Below, in pieces: positions 37,046-46,230 of a stretch of 64,000 bases of DNA. Numbering within the stretch: position 1 is the stretch's first letter; each line of letters starts with the position of its first letter. The translations under genes were made by a program, and so were the position numbers. Source of the DNA: Alphaproteobacteria bacterium (GTDB lineage Bacteria; Pseudomonadota; Alphaproteobacteria; Micavibrionales; Micavibrionaceae). Location of the stretch: assembly GCA_050633165.1 (NCBI GenBank), contig JBOEFZ010000014.1, positions 3,655-67,654 of the forward strand, in the 5' to 3' direction. The notes beneath the pieces were generated by a model that saw only the letters and a list, made by a program, of their open reading frames with translations, had not been told where the DNA came from and made no database searches.

Positions 37046-37154
37046 GTTGTGTGGTAACCCTACTAATTTTTCCCTCATCACTATAGTGTAATTTAGAAAT
37101 ATTAAATAATGTAAAATTTTAAAAAGTATTTTATCGAATTTATGTGATTTTTTT

Positions 37155-37661
37155 ATGGTTTATTTTTTAATCCTTATATTAGGCGCGGCAGCGGCGGTTT
37201 TGCTTGTTTTGAGCGTGATTGATTTGCGGATTCGGTTGTTGCCGAATGTGTGGAATGCGGCATTGGCGGGATTGGCCGTTGTGTTTCATGGTATGGGCGG
37301 GTTTGCGGTTTTATCCCCCTTTGATATGGCGATGGGCGCGGCGATGGGAGGTGGATTATTGTGGGTGATTCGGTTTGGGGCGAATTGGTATTACGGGCAA
37401 GATGCGCTTGGCCTTGGGGATGTGAAATTGATGGCGGCGGCGGGGCTTTGGCTGGGGGGGCATGATGTGCTTTCGGCGCTTATTGTCGGGGCATTGGCGG
37501 GGATTGTGCATGGTGGGGGCGTGCTAATCGCTCATAAGATCAAGCATACGATGATGCCACCGCTCTCGCATTTTTCCATCCCTGCGGGTCCGGGGTTTTG
37601 CTTTGGTATTTTTGCGATTGGGGCTTGGGTTTATGCGCCGTTTATAAGCGGCATGTTTTAA
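37155..37661 (+). CDS. A24-family prepilin peptidase, short form without the N-terminal methyltransferase/zinc region
   Basis: 168 aa and polytopic. Both catalytic Asp motifs are present (SVIDLRIRLLPN and LGLGDVKLMAAAG). It is transcribed divergently from the filament operon. Confidence 0.85.
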   Translation: MVYFLILILGAAAAVLLVLSVIDLRIRLLPNVWNAALAGLAVVFHGMGGFAVLSPFDMAMGAAMGGGLLWVIRFGANWYYGQDALGLGDVKLMAAAGLWLGGHDVLSALIVGALAGIVHGGGVLIAHKIKHTMMPPLSHFSIPAGPGFCFGIFAIGAWVYAPFISGMF

Positions 37662-37732
37662 AAGAAGTGCTTGATTTGGGTGATACGGCTATTGCACAAC
37701 TGAAGGCACACACAAATTATAGGATATAAAAA

Positions 37733-38650
37733 ATGGATGATTTAAAGCATCTTTTGGGGATTGATGAATTAGACGCGGGGCAGATTGACCAGATTTTGGA
37801 TCGGGCAGCGTATTACGCGGAAGGGCTGTCCCATGGGAAATGGGATCATCAGCGCCTTGGCGGGAAGGTGATATTGCACCTGTTTTTCGAGGATTCGACT
37901 CGGACATTGACGAGCTTCGAGATGGCGGCGAAGCGATTGGGGGCGGAGGTTATCCGGTGGAATCCGTTGACGAGCTCGCTATCGAAGGGGGAGAATTTTA
38001 CCGATACGGTGGATACGTTGGCGGCGATGCGTCCCGATGCGATTGTCATCCGGCATTCGGAATATGGCGCGCCGAAATTTGTGGCGAGCCGTGTGGGGTG
38101 TCCGGTCATTAATGGTGGCGATAGCTGGCGCGAGCATCCGACGCAGGCTTTGCTTGATGCGCTGACGATTCAGCAGCATTTTGACACGCTTGCGGGGCTT
38201 ACGGTGACGATTATCGGGGATATCGCGCATAGCCGTGTGGCTAGCTCGAATATGCAGCTCCTGACCAAGATGGGGGCGAAGGTACGGGCGATTGCGCCGG
38301 ATGTTTTGATGCCGGATAAGTTAGTGGTTGATAGTGTGGAGAAGTTTAGCTCATTGGATGAGGGGTTGCCAGGGAGTGATGTTGTGATGACCATTCGCCT
38401 GCAAAAGGAGCGGATGGATACGGCGTTGATTACCTCGGATGCGGCGTATTTTAATGAGTTTGGTGTGACGCTTGCGGCGCTCGATAAGCATTGCCCCAAG
38501 GCGGTTGTGATGGACCCCGGGCCATTGGTGCGCGGGGTGCAGATGGAGGATAAGGTTGCCGAAGACCCGACGCGGAGTTTGATTTTGAAGCAGGTAGCCA
38601 ATGGCATTCCGACACGGATGGCGGTGCTTGATATGTTGGTGGGTGGGTAG
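37733..38650 (+). CDS. pyrB: aspartate carbamoyltransferase catalytic subunit
   Basis: Family motifs are present: FFE.STRT..SFE, HPTQALLD and HSRV. Confidence 0.95.
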   Translation: MDDLKHLLGIDELDAGQIDQILDRAAYYAEGLSHGKWDHQRLGGKVILHLFFEDSTRTLTSFEMAAKRLGAEVIRWNPLTSSLSKGENFTDTVDTLAAMRPDAIVIRHSEYGAPKFVASRVGCPVINGGDSWREHPTQALLDALTIQQHFDTLAGLTVTIIGDIAHSRVASSNMQLLTKMGAKVRAIAPDVLMPDKLVVDSVEKFSSLDEGLPGSDVVMTIRLQKERMDTALITSDAAYFNEFGVTLAALDKHCPKAVVMDPGPLVRGVQMEDKVAEDPTRSLILKQVANGIPTRMAVLDMLVGG

Positions 38651-38688
38651 ACGTTGGATGATTGGAATGTTGGAATTTAGATACAATA

Positions 38689-38760
38689 TCATCCCGAGCG
38701 AAGTCGAGGGACCTGACGCATGTCGGCTTCCTCCACTCACTTACGCTCGGTCGGAATGAC
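38689..38760. repeat. MITE-like palindromic repeat (tcatcccgagcg...cgctcggtcggaatga)
   Basis: The termini are imperfectly inverted, with a 3 nt indel. It is related in style to the cgtcattgcgag family. Confidence 0.4.
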
Positions 38761-38777
38761 ATAGAAGGTAGCCTTTA

Positions 38778-39365
38778 ATGAGCAACGTGATTTTAACATT
38801 TGCACTTGCCTATCTGATTGGCTCGATTCCGTTTGGGTTTCTTTTAACCAAGTTTTTTGCCAAGCAAGATATTCGCGATATTGGATCGGGTAATATCGGG
38901 GCGACGAATGTTTTGCGGACAGGGAATAAGGCGCTGGCGGCCTTGACCTTGATTTTAGATGGCGGAAAAGGTGCGTTTGCAGTTTTCATCTTGCCGTTTC
39001 TGCTGCCTTTTGGTGTTTCACCGCTTGCTATTGGATTGTTTGCGATGATCGGGCATTGCTTCCCCATTTGGTTGAAGTTTAAGGGTGGTAAGGGCGTTGC
39101 GACGAGCCTTGGGGTATTGCTCGCGGCGGCTCCTTGGGTTGGGTTGGCGGCTTGCGGAGCGTGGCTCGCGAGCGCATTTTTGTTTCGGATTTCATCGCTG
39201 GCGGCGTTGGTGGCGATTGGGTTGGCGCCTTTGTTTGCGTTCTTTATTTATGGGGCGGTTCCGGCGGGGATTTGTGCGGTGATTGCGGCGCTTGTCTTTT
39301 GGCGGCACAAGGATAATATTGCGCGGCTTTTGAAGGGTGAAGAGCCGAAGATTGGGAAGAAATGA
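38778..39365 (+). CDS. plsY: glycerol-3-phosphate acyltransferase PlsY
   Basis: Family motifs are present: YLIGSIPFG, GSGN.GATNV.R and F.GGKGVAT. Confidence 0.93.
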   Translation: MSNVILTFALAYLIGSIPFGFLLTKFFAKQDIRDIGSGNIGATNVLRTGNKALAALTLILDGGKGAFAVFILPFLLPFGVSPLAIGLFAMIGHCFPIWLKFKGGKGVATSLGVLLAAAPWVGLAACGAWLASAFLFRISSLAALVAIGLAPLFAFFIYGAVPAGICAVIAALVFWRHKDNIARLLKGEEPKIGKK

Positions 39366-39373
39366 AAAAAGGG

Positions 39374-39462
39374 AAAACCACCAAGACACCAAGGCGCCAA
39401 GTTTAAAAATGATGCCTGCGGCGCTTTTTCTTGGTGGCTTTGTGCCTTGATGGTTTAAAAAA
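39374..39462. repeat. complete word-repeat hairpin (8 nt words: ccaccaag/acaccaag/gcgccaag) with the TGCCTGCGGCGCT box in its loop
   Basis: The right arm is cttggtgg/ctttgtgc/cttgatgg. The box lies at 39413-39425. Confidence 0.8.
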
Positions 39463-39467
39463 TAACG

Positions 39468-40604
39468 ATGTTCAATAAAAAGAAAAATGTGGTTTTGCCT
39501 GATACCGAGAAGCTCAATTGGCTGCGGTTGTTTCGGACCGAGGGGATTGGGCCGATTACGTTTTATAAGTTGATTGACCGGTTTGGGTCGGCGGGGGCGG
39601 CGCTTGATGCTTTGCCGGAGATGGCAGCGCGGGGTGGGCGGAAGAAGCCTTTACGCGCCCCTGCTCCATCCGTGATTGAGCGGGAGTATGAGGGGTTGGC
39701 GGCGCTTGGCGGGGATATATTGACCGCCGCGTGCGAGTATTATCCGGATCATTTACGCGCGTGCGAGGATGCGCCGCCTGTGCTTTCTTATATGGGGAAC
39801 CCTGCCCTACTCTCGCGCAGCTGTATTGCCATGGTGGGGGCGCGGAATGCATCTATTAACGGGCGGAAATTGGCGGAGAAGCTGGCCTATGATTTGGGCG
39901 CGCGGGGGCAGGCTGTGGCCTCCGGCCTTGCACGCGGGATTGATACGGCGGCGCATAAGGGGGCGATCGGCAGTGGCACGATTGCCGTTGTCGCGGGTGG
40001 AATTGATGATATTTACCCGCCGGAGAATGCGGGGCTTTATGAGGAGATTAAGGCGCGGGGATTGATTTTGGCGGAAAGCCCGCTTGGGCAAAAGCCGTTT
40101 GCGCAGAGCTTTCCCAAGCGTAACCGCATCGTATCGGGGATTTCACGCGCGACGATTGTTGTTGAGGCGACGCAGCGATCGGGCAGCCTGATTACCGCGC
40201 GGTTGGCGGGGGAGCAAGGGCGGGAGGTTATGGCCGTGCCCGGATCGCCGCTTGATCCACGCGCATCGGGGCCGAACCATTTGATCCGTGAGGGGGCGAA
40301 TTTGGTGCGGCATGCGGATGATGTTTTGGAGATTTTGATGAGTTTTGAGGGGAGTGGCTTTCGCGAGCCGCCGCCCGCCCCTGCGAATTTTGAAATGCCG
40401 GTGGCGGGGGATGATGAGCTGCCTGAAAACGGGCATGAAATCATTTTGGATCAGCTTTCCTTCACGCCCGTTTCAGTTGACGAACTTATAAGAGCGTGTC
40501 ATATGAGCATTCCGGTGTTGCAAACTTTGCTGCTGGAATTAGAGATTGCCGGTCGCGTGAAACGCTTGGCTGGCAATCGAATTAGCCTTTTGAAAATGGA
40601 ATAA
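39468..40604 (+). CDS. dprA: DNA processing protein DprA (Smf)
   Basis: The Rossmann-like core is present: VGAR.AS..G...A......LA..G..V.SGLA.GID..AH.GA. Further motifs are FP.RNRI.SG and VVEA...SGSLITA, and there is a C-terminal winged-helix tail. Confidence 0.9.
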   Translation: MFNKKKNVVLPDTEKLNWLRLFRTEGIGPITFYKLIDRFGSAGAALDALPEMAARGGRKKPLRAPAPSVIEREYEGLAALGGDILTAACEYYPDHLRACEDAPPVLSYMGNPALLSRSCIAMVGARNASINGRKLAEKLAYDLGARGQAVASGLARGIDTAAHKGAIGSGTIAVVAGGIDDIYPPENAGLYEEIKARGLILAESPLGQKPFAQSFPKRNRIVSGISRATIVVEATQRSGSLITARLAGEQGREVMAVPGSPLDPRASGPNHLIREGANLVRHADDVLEILMSFEGSGFREPPPAPANFEMPVAGDDELPENGHEIILDQLSFTPVSVDELIRACHMSIPVLQTLLLELEIAGRVKRLAGNRISLLKME

Positions 40605-40608
40605 TTTC

Positions 40609-43155
40609 GTGAGTGCAGAGAATTTAGTCATTGTGGAGTCTCCGGCCAAAGCCAAGAAAATTGGTGGATATTTGGGGAGTGATTATGAGGTTTTAGCCTC
40701 GTTCGGGCATGTACGGGATTTGGTGAATAAAGATGGCTCCGTCCTACCCGATGACAACTTTGCGATGAAGTGGGAGCTTGGGGAGCGATCAGCCAAGCAT
40801 GTGAATGACATTAAGCGCGCGGTGAAAAAAGCGCGTTGTGTATGGCTCGCACCGGATCCGGATCGCGAAGGGGAAGCGATTGCGTGGCATATTCAGGAAA
40901 TTTTACAAGAAAACGATTTATTGGCGGGTAAAGAGGTTAAGCGGGTGGCGTTTAACGAGATTACCAAAAAGGCGATTTTAGAGGCGTTTGATAATTCGCG
41001 GCAACTGGATACGCCGCTGGTTGAGGCGTATTTGGCGCGGCGGGCGTTGGATTATCTGGTTGGGTTTAACCTTTCTCCTGTTTTATGGCGGAAATTGCCG
41101 GGATCGCGGTCTGCGGGGCGGGTGCAATCGGTTGCGCTGCGCCTTATATGTGAGCGCGAGGCGGAGATCGAGATTTTCAAGGCCGATGAATATTGGTCGA
41201 TCGAGACGAAGATGCACACGGCGGATGGTGTGCCGTTTATGGCGCGTTTGACGCATTTATCGGGCAATAAGCTCGGGAAGTTGGATATTGGATCGGAAGC
41301 GGATGCTAAAGCTGCGGAGGAGCGGATCAGGAATAAGGCGCTCTCGATCCAGAAGATCGAGCGCAAGGAACGCCGCCGTTCGCCGGCTGCGCCGTTTATT
41401 ACCTCTAGCCTTCAGATGGAGGCATCGCGAAAATTGGGAATGAGTGCGTCGCAGACGATGCGATGCGCGCAGAGCCTTTATGAGGCGGGTTTTATTACCT
41501 ATATGCGTACGGACGGGACGACTTTGTCCGAGGATGCGGTGGCGCAATCACGCAGTGTGATTAAGTCTGAGTATGGCGGGAATTACCTGCCTTCCGCGCC
41601 GCGACTATATAAATCCAAGGCGAAGAATGCGCAAGAGGCGCATGAGGCGATTCGCCCCACCGATCTTTCGAAAATTCCAGGGCGCAAAGGTAGCCCGATG
41701 GGAGATGAGAAGGAGCGCCGTTTGTATGAGCTTATCTGGAAGCGGACAATTGCGAGCCAGATGGAAAATGCGATTATGGATCAAATGGCGGTCGATATTT
41801 CGGACGGGACGGATGATGTTGTTTTGCGGGCGAATGGGTCGGTTGTGAAATTTGATGGTTTCCTCACCCTTTATACCGAGAGCACGGATGACGATGACAA
41901 GCCCGCAGACGATAAGGATCGCCGCTTGCCGCCGATGAATGAGGGGGAGAAGGCGAAGCTTGTGGATGTGAAGCCGGAGCAACATTTCACGCAACCTCCG
42001 CCGCGCTATTCCGAGGCTACGCTTGTTAAAGCGCTTGAGGAGATGGGGATTGGGCGGCCTTCGACTTATGCCTCGATCATGCAGGTTTTGCGGGATCGGA
42101 ATTATGTTTCGATGGAAAGCAGGCGCTTTGTGCCCGGGGATCGCGGGCGTGTGGTGACGACGTTTTTGACGAAGTTCTTTGCCAAATATGTGGATTATGA
42201 TTTTACCGCTAATCTCGAGGAAGAGTTAGACGCGATTGCCGGTGGGCATGTGAATTGGACGGAGATGCTGCGGCAGTTCTGGGTTGATTTTATTGCCGCG
42301 GTGGATGGCGCGAAGGGGCTTACGATCACCGAAGTGATTGATTATCTGGATGAAGATTTAGGGCCGCATTTCTTTCCCGAAGGGGATGAAAGCCGTAAAT
42401 GTATGGCGTGTAAAGATACACATGGTAATGGGCGTTTGGGCTTGAAATTGGGTAAGTTTGGCGCGTTTATCGGGTGCTCGAATTACAATGACGGGTGTAA
42501 ATTTACCAAGCCGCTTGTTGTGCCGGATGGGGATGAAGATGCGGCATTGGCGGCATTGGCGAATGAGCCGAAAGTTCTGGGTGAGGAGCCGGGGACGGGG
42601 CGGAGTGTAACATTGCGCCGTGGGCCGTATGGCCCGTATGTGCAGATTGATCCTGCGCCGGATACTGCCGAGGCGGAGGCGGAGCGCATGAAAGAATATG
42701 ACGCGGATATTGAGGCGTGGAAAGAAGCCAAGAAAGTGGCAAAGGCCGCAGGTGAGAAAGCCCCGCGCAAGCCGCCAAAGCCAAAAGCGCCCAAGCCAAA
42801 GCGCCAAGGTTTGCCAAAGGGCTTATCCCCTGCGGATGTGGATTTGGAAAAGGCGTTATCGTTATTGGCGTTGCCGCGTGATGTTGGCGCGCATCCGGAG
42901 ACAGGCAAGATGATCAAGGCGGGCATCGGGCGTTTCGGGCCATTTGTGATGCATGACGGAAAATTTGCGAGTTTGCAAAAAGATGATGACGTGATGCATA
43001 TCGGCATGAACCGCGCGATGGAGCTAATCGCGATTAAAGCGCAGCGTGACGAGGCCAAAGCCGCGAAGGCGGCGGAGAAAGAAGCGGCGGGTGGCGCGAA
43101 GGCGAAGAAGAAAGCGCCAGCGAAGAAAAAGAAGGCTACGGGGAAGAAGAAGTGA
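40609..43155 (+). CDS. topA: DNA topoisomerase I
   Basis: The TOPRIM N-terminus (LVIVESPAKAKKI, DPDREGEAI) and the active-site region (GFITYMRTD) are present. A C-terminal Cys-containing domain is followed by a Lys-rich tail. The start codon is GTG. Confidence 0.97.
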   Translation: MSAENLVIVESPAKAKKIGGYLGSDYEVLASFGHVRDLVNKDGSVLPDDNFAMKWELGERSAKHVNDIKRAVKKARCVWLAPDPDREGEAIAWHIQEILQENDLLAGKEVKRVAFNEITKKAILEAFDNSRQLDTPLVEAYLARRALDYLVGFNLSPVLWRKLPGSRSAGRVQSVALRLICEREAEIEIFKADEYWSIETKMHTADGVPFMARLTHLSGNKLGKLDIGSEADAKAAEERIRNKALSIQKIERKERRRSPAAPFITSSLQMEASRKLGMSASQTMRCAQSLYEAGFITYMRTDGTTLSEDAVAQSRSVIKSEYGGNYLPSAPRLYKSKAKNAQEAHEAIRPTDLSKIPGRKGSPMGDEKERRLYELIWKRTIASQMENAIMDQMAVDISDGTDDVVLRANGSVVKFDGFLTLYTESTDDDDKPADDKDRRLPPMNEGEKAKLVDVKPEQHFTQPPPRYSEATLVKALEEMGIGRPSTYASIMQVLRDRNYVSMESRRFVPGDRGRVVTTFLTKFFAKYVDYDFTANLEEELDAIAGGHVNWTEMLRQFWVDFIAAVDGAKGLTITEVIDYLDEDLGPHFFPEGDESRKCMACKDTHGNGRLGLKLGKFGAFIGCSNYNDGCKFTKPLVVPDGDEDAALAALANEPKVLGEEPGTGRSVTLRRGPYGPYVQIDPAPDTAEAEAERMKEYDADIEAWKEAKKVAKAAGEKAPRKPPKPKAPKPKRQGLPKGLSPADVDLEKALSLLALPRDVGAHPETGKMIKAGIGRFGPFVMHDGKFASLQKDDDVMHIGMNRAMELIAIKAQRDEAKAAKAAEKEAAGGAKAKKKAPAKKKKATGKKK

Positions 43156-43159
43156 TGAC

Positions 43160-43193
43160 TTTAAACCGCAGATAAACGTAGATAACAATCTGC
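43160..43193. repeat. degenerate half-copy of the word-repeat element (tttaaaccgcagataaacgtagataacaatctgc)
   Basis: It has the same TTTAAACC lead and ~10 nt words, and lies directly after the topA stop. Confidence 0.45.
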
Positions 43194-43205
43194 ACTTAAT
43201 TAAAT

Positions 43206-43610
43206 TTATAACCCCAATACGCGATGCGCTGGATCCCATGCCGCCATGGCCGCTCCTTCAGAATGCCTTAAGACACCTTCTACAATTTTCATTGTGAACA
43301 GCCTTGTGTGAGGGTCAACGCCCTCAGCACGAAGCGTTTCTTCAGCATATTGCTGCGCTTCTTCCTTTGTTTCAATGATTCCAAATGTTTCATCTTTAGC
43401 AAGCAACTCAAATGCTTTTTTCACCGCATCCGAATGCACCCCTTTTGAGTTTTGAACCGTTTCGTTACGAATGCGGAACGATTCAACAATACGTTCCTCA
43501 TAGGGTTTTTTTATAAAACTTTTGATATGAGCAGCAGCTCTCTCAAGTTGTTCTCTTGCATTTGCTGCGGCTTTTTCTGCGGGGCTTAATATTTTTGGTG
43601 GTCTTGCCAT
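43206..43610 (-). CDS. hypothetical protein (134 aa, helical)
   Basis: The ATG at 43610 has AGGAG 7 nt upstream. I recognise no family. Confidence 0.5.
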   Translation of the reverse strand: MARPPKILSPAEKAAANAREQLERAAAHIKSFIKKPYEERIVESFRIRNETVQNSKGVHSDAVKKAFELLAKDETFGIIETKEEAQQYAEETLRAEGVDPHTRLFTMKIVEGVLRHSEGAAMAAWDPAHRVLGL

Positions 43611-43868
43611 GTGTAATCTCCTGCCAATACCAATAAATATGAAAAAACAATACGTCAACAGAAAATATGTTTTGTTTATTCTGTGTGGGGTGTGTATAAG
43701 GGGGTATGGTATTAGACCATCACAGATTTAAAGTTTACAAAATTCCCCATACATTATTAACCCATAGAGAATAAATGCAGATGCGTCTTTTTTTTAAAAA
43801 GACGATATATCGCGCTCTGTCTATGATGTATGCACAAACGTGCTTTTGAGCACAGAAAAGATAATAAA

Positions 43869-46160
43869 ATGGCATTAGACCAATCAGAAATATTAAAATT
43901 TATACAATCCTCCCCCAACCCCGTGACCAAGCGCGAAGTCGCCAAGGCGTTCGGGATTAAGGGCGGTGAGAATCGGGTGGCGATGAAGCAGATTCTTAAG
44001 CATCTTGAGAAAGACGGCGTGATATTGAAGCAAGCGGGTGGCGTTTACAGCGTGCCTGATGGCTTGCCGAATGTCTCCGTTGTTCAGGTTTGCGAGATTA
44101 CAACGGATGGCGATGTGTTTGCCGCCCTGCCGGAATGGAATGCGGAGATACGCGGGGCGCAACCGCGGATCGAGATTGTGCCGGATAAGAAACATTTCCC
44201 GAAATTGAGTGAGAATAGCCGTGCGTTGGTGCGGTTATCGCGGCAATCGGACGGGAATAATGCCGATTGGTACGAGGCGCGGATTATCAAGGTGATTGAC
44301 CGCGAGGATAGCGGGCGGATTATTGGAATGCTTCAATATAACAAGCATGGCCCGATCCTCGCGCCCGCCGATAAGAAGGCGAAATATGATTTTGATGTGA
44401 ATCCTGCCGATTTGAATGGGGCGAAGGATGGGGATTTGGTTGTGGGGGAGGTTCTGCCGTCTCGCGGCCTAAAGCGCAAAAAGGTCAAGATTGCCGAGGT
44501 GATTGGGCGGCAAGGCGATCCGCGTACGATTAGCATTTTATCCCTGCATGAGGCAGGATTGCGGGAAGGCTTTCCCGATGCAGTTTTGAAGGATGCGGAG
44601 GGGCTTAAGGTTCCCGAGCTTGGGAAGCGTGAGGATTTACGGGATATTCCGCTTGTTACCATTGATGGTGCGGATGCGCGGGATTATGACGATGCGGTTT
44701 ATGCGGAAAAGCAAAAGGATGGTGGCTTTCACCTGATCGTTGCGATTGCGGATGTGTCATTTTATGTGCGCGAGGGAACGGCATTGGATGATGAGGCGCA
44801 ACGGCGGGGGAATTCGACCTATTTTCCGGATCGGGTTGTGCCGATGCTGCCGGAGGCGTTGTCGAATGATTTATGCTCGCTTGTGCCGCATCAGCCGCGA
44901 GCCTGTATGGTTGCGCATATGTGGATTGATGCGGAGGGGCGGCTGACCGAATATAAATTTGTGCGCGGATTGATGCAATCGCATGCGCGCCTTACCTATG
45001 AGCAGGTGCAGGCAGCGCGGGATGGGGTTAAGGATGACCTGACCACGCCGTTGATGGATGATGTGATTAACCCGCTCTACGCGGCTTATGCGGTGCTTGA
45101 CAAAGCGCGGCAAAAACGCGGCGCGTTGGATTTGGATTTGCCAGAGCGGCGCGTGGTGATTGACGATAAGGGCAATATGAGCGGCGTTGTGACGCGTGAC
45201 CGCCTTGATGCGCATAAGCTGATCGAAGAATTTATGATTTTGGCCAATGTCGCGGCGGCCAAAGCGATTGAGGATAAACGTGACCCGAAGGCGTTTCCAT
45301 GCGTGTATCGTGTCCATGATACGCCGAGCCTGGATAAGCTGGATTCCGTGCGGGAATTTGTGGAGAGTTTCGGGATTTCTATGCCCAAGGGGCAAATCGT
45401 ACAGCCATCCTCGATTAACGGGGTTTTGCGCCAAGCCAGCAAGTTGGAATATTCGCATCTCATCTCTATTACGATTCTACGCAGTCAATCACAGGCCGTT
45501 TATGCCACGCAAAATATCGGGCATTTCGGGTTAGCCTTAGAGAAATATGCGCACTTCACCTCGCCCATTCGCCGTTATGCGGATTTGTTGGTGCATCGTA
45601 GCCTTGTGAATGCTTATGGGCTTGGTAAAGGCGGGCTTAGCGATGGGGAGATTGCGCGTCTGGATGAGATTGCGCAGCATATCTCAACGACCGAGCGCAC
45701 ATCCATGGTGGCGGAGCGCAGCGCGACAGATCGCTTTACGGCGGCGTATTTATCCGAGAAAATCGGCGCGGAGTTTAGCGGGCGGATTAATGGCGTGACG
45801 CGGTTCGGCTTGTTTGTGACCCTCACCGAGAGCGGCGCGGACGGGATTGTGCCGATGCGGAGTTTGAAGAATGATTTCTTTGAGCATGATGAGGGTCAAC
45901 ACGCCCTGATCGGGAAGCGCACGGGGATTGTTTACCGCATGGGGGCGAATGTTACGGTGCGCCTTAAGGAAGCCGATGGCTTGACCGGCTCTTGCGTCCT
46001 CGAAATGGCGGGAGATAGCGTTAATGGCGCGGATATTGAGGGGTTGGTGTTTAAGAGTAAAAAGCGGGAGTTTAAGCATAAAGGGAAGCCACAAGGGCGC
46101 AAAGGCGGACGAGGAGGAGGAAATCGAGATTTCAAGAAAGGTAAGCGCCGTCGTTCGTAA
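43869..46160 (+). CDS. rnr: ribonuclease R
   Basis: RNB catalytic motifs are present (TIDGADARDYDDAV, YFPDRVVPMLPE, FTSPIRRYADLLVHR). A C-terminal S1 domain and a basic tail follow. The start is 43869 or 43830. Confidence 0.93.
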   Translation: MALDQSEILKFIQSSPNPVTKREVAKAFGIKGGENRVAMKQILKHLEKDGVILKQAGGVYSVPDGLPNVSVVQVCEITTDGDVFAALPEWNAEIRGAQPRIEIVPDKKHFPKLSENSRALVRLSRQSDGNNADWYEARIIKVIDREDSGRIIGMLQYNKHGPILAPADKKAKYDFDVNPADLNGAKDGDLVVGEVLPSRGLKRKKVKIAEVIGRQGDPRTISILSLHEAGLREGFPDAVLKDAEGLKVPELGKREDLRDIPLVTIDGADARDYDDAVYAEKQKDGGFHLIVAIADVSFYVREGTALDDEAQRRGNSTYFPDRVVPMLPEALSNDLCSLVPHQPRACMVAHMWIDAEGRLTEYKFVRGLMQSHARLTYEQVQAARDGVKDDLTTPLMDDVINPLYAAYAVLDKARQKRGALDLDLPERRVVIDDKGNMSGVVTRDRLDAHKLIEEFMILANVAAAKAIEDKRDPKAFPCVYRVHDTPSLDKLDSVREFVESFGISMPKGQIVQPSSINGVLRQASKLEYSHLISITILRSQSQAVYATQNIGHFGLALEKYAHFTSPIRRYADLLVHRSLVNAYGLGKGGLSDGEIARLDEIAQHISTTERTSMVAERSATDRFTAAYLSEKIGAEFSGRINGVTRFGLFVTLTESGADGIVPMRSLKNDFFEHDEGQHALIGKRTGIVYRMGANVTVRLKEADGLTGSCVLEMAGDSVNGADIEGLVFKSKKREFKHKGKPQGRKGGRGGGNRDFKKGKRRRS

Positions 46161-46230
46161 GATTTTATGTTGACAGTACTTGTGAAACCCTGCATAAAGC
46201 CGTTTCAGAATTAATGAAGGAATTTTAATT

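Noticed and set aside
37119-37133. CtrA-box-like TTAA-N7-TTTA in the spacer between the receiver and prepilin peptidase genes.
   Set aside because: It has one mismatch to TTAA-N7-TTAA and lies in an extremely AT-rich stretch where such matches arise by chance. It cannot be supported without a genome-wide motif model or ChIP data.
26968-37661. The filament locus as a recently acquired genomic island.
   Set aside because: Coding GC on sampled lines is similar to the flanking core genes. No integrase, tRNA or direct-repeat boundaries are visible. Only the adjacent orphan ORF at 26438-26947 is AT-rich.
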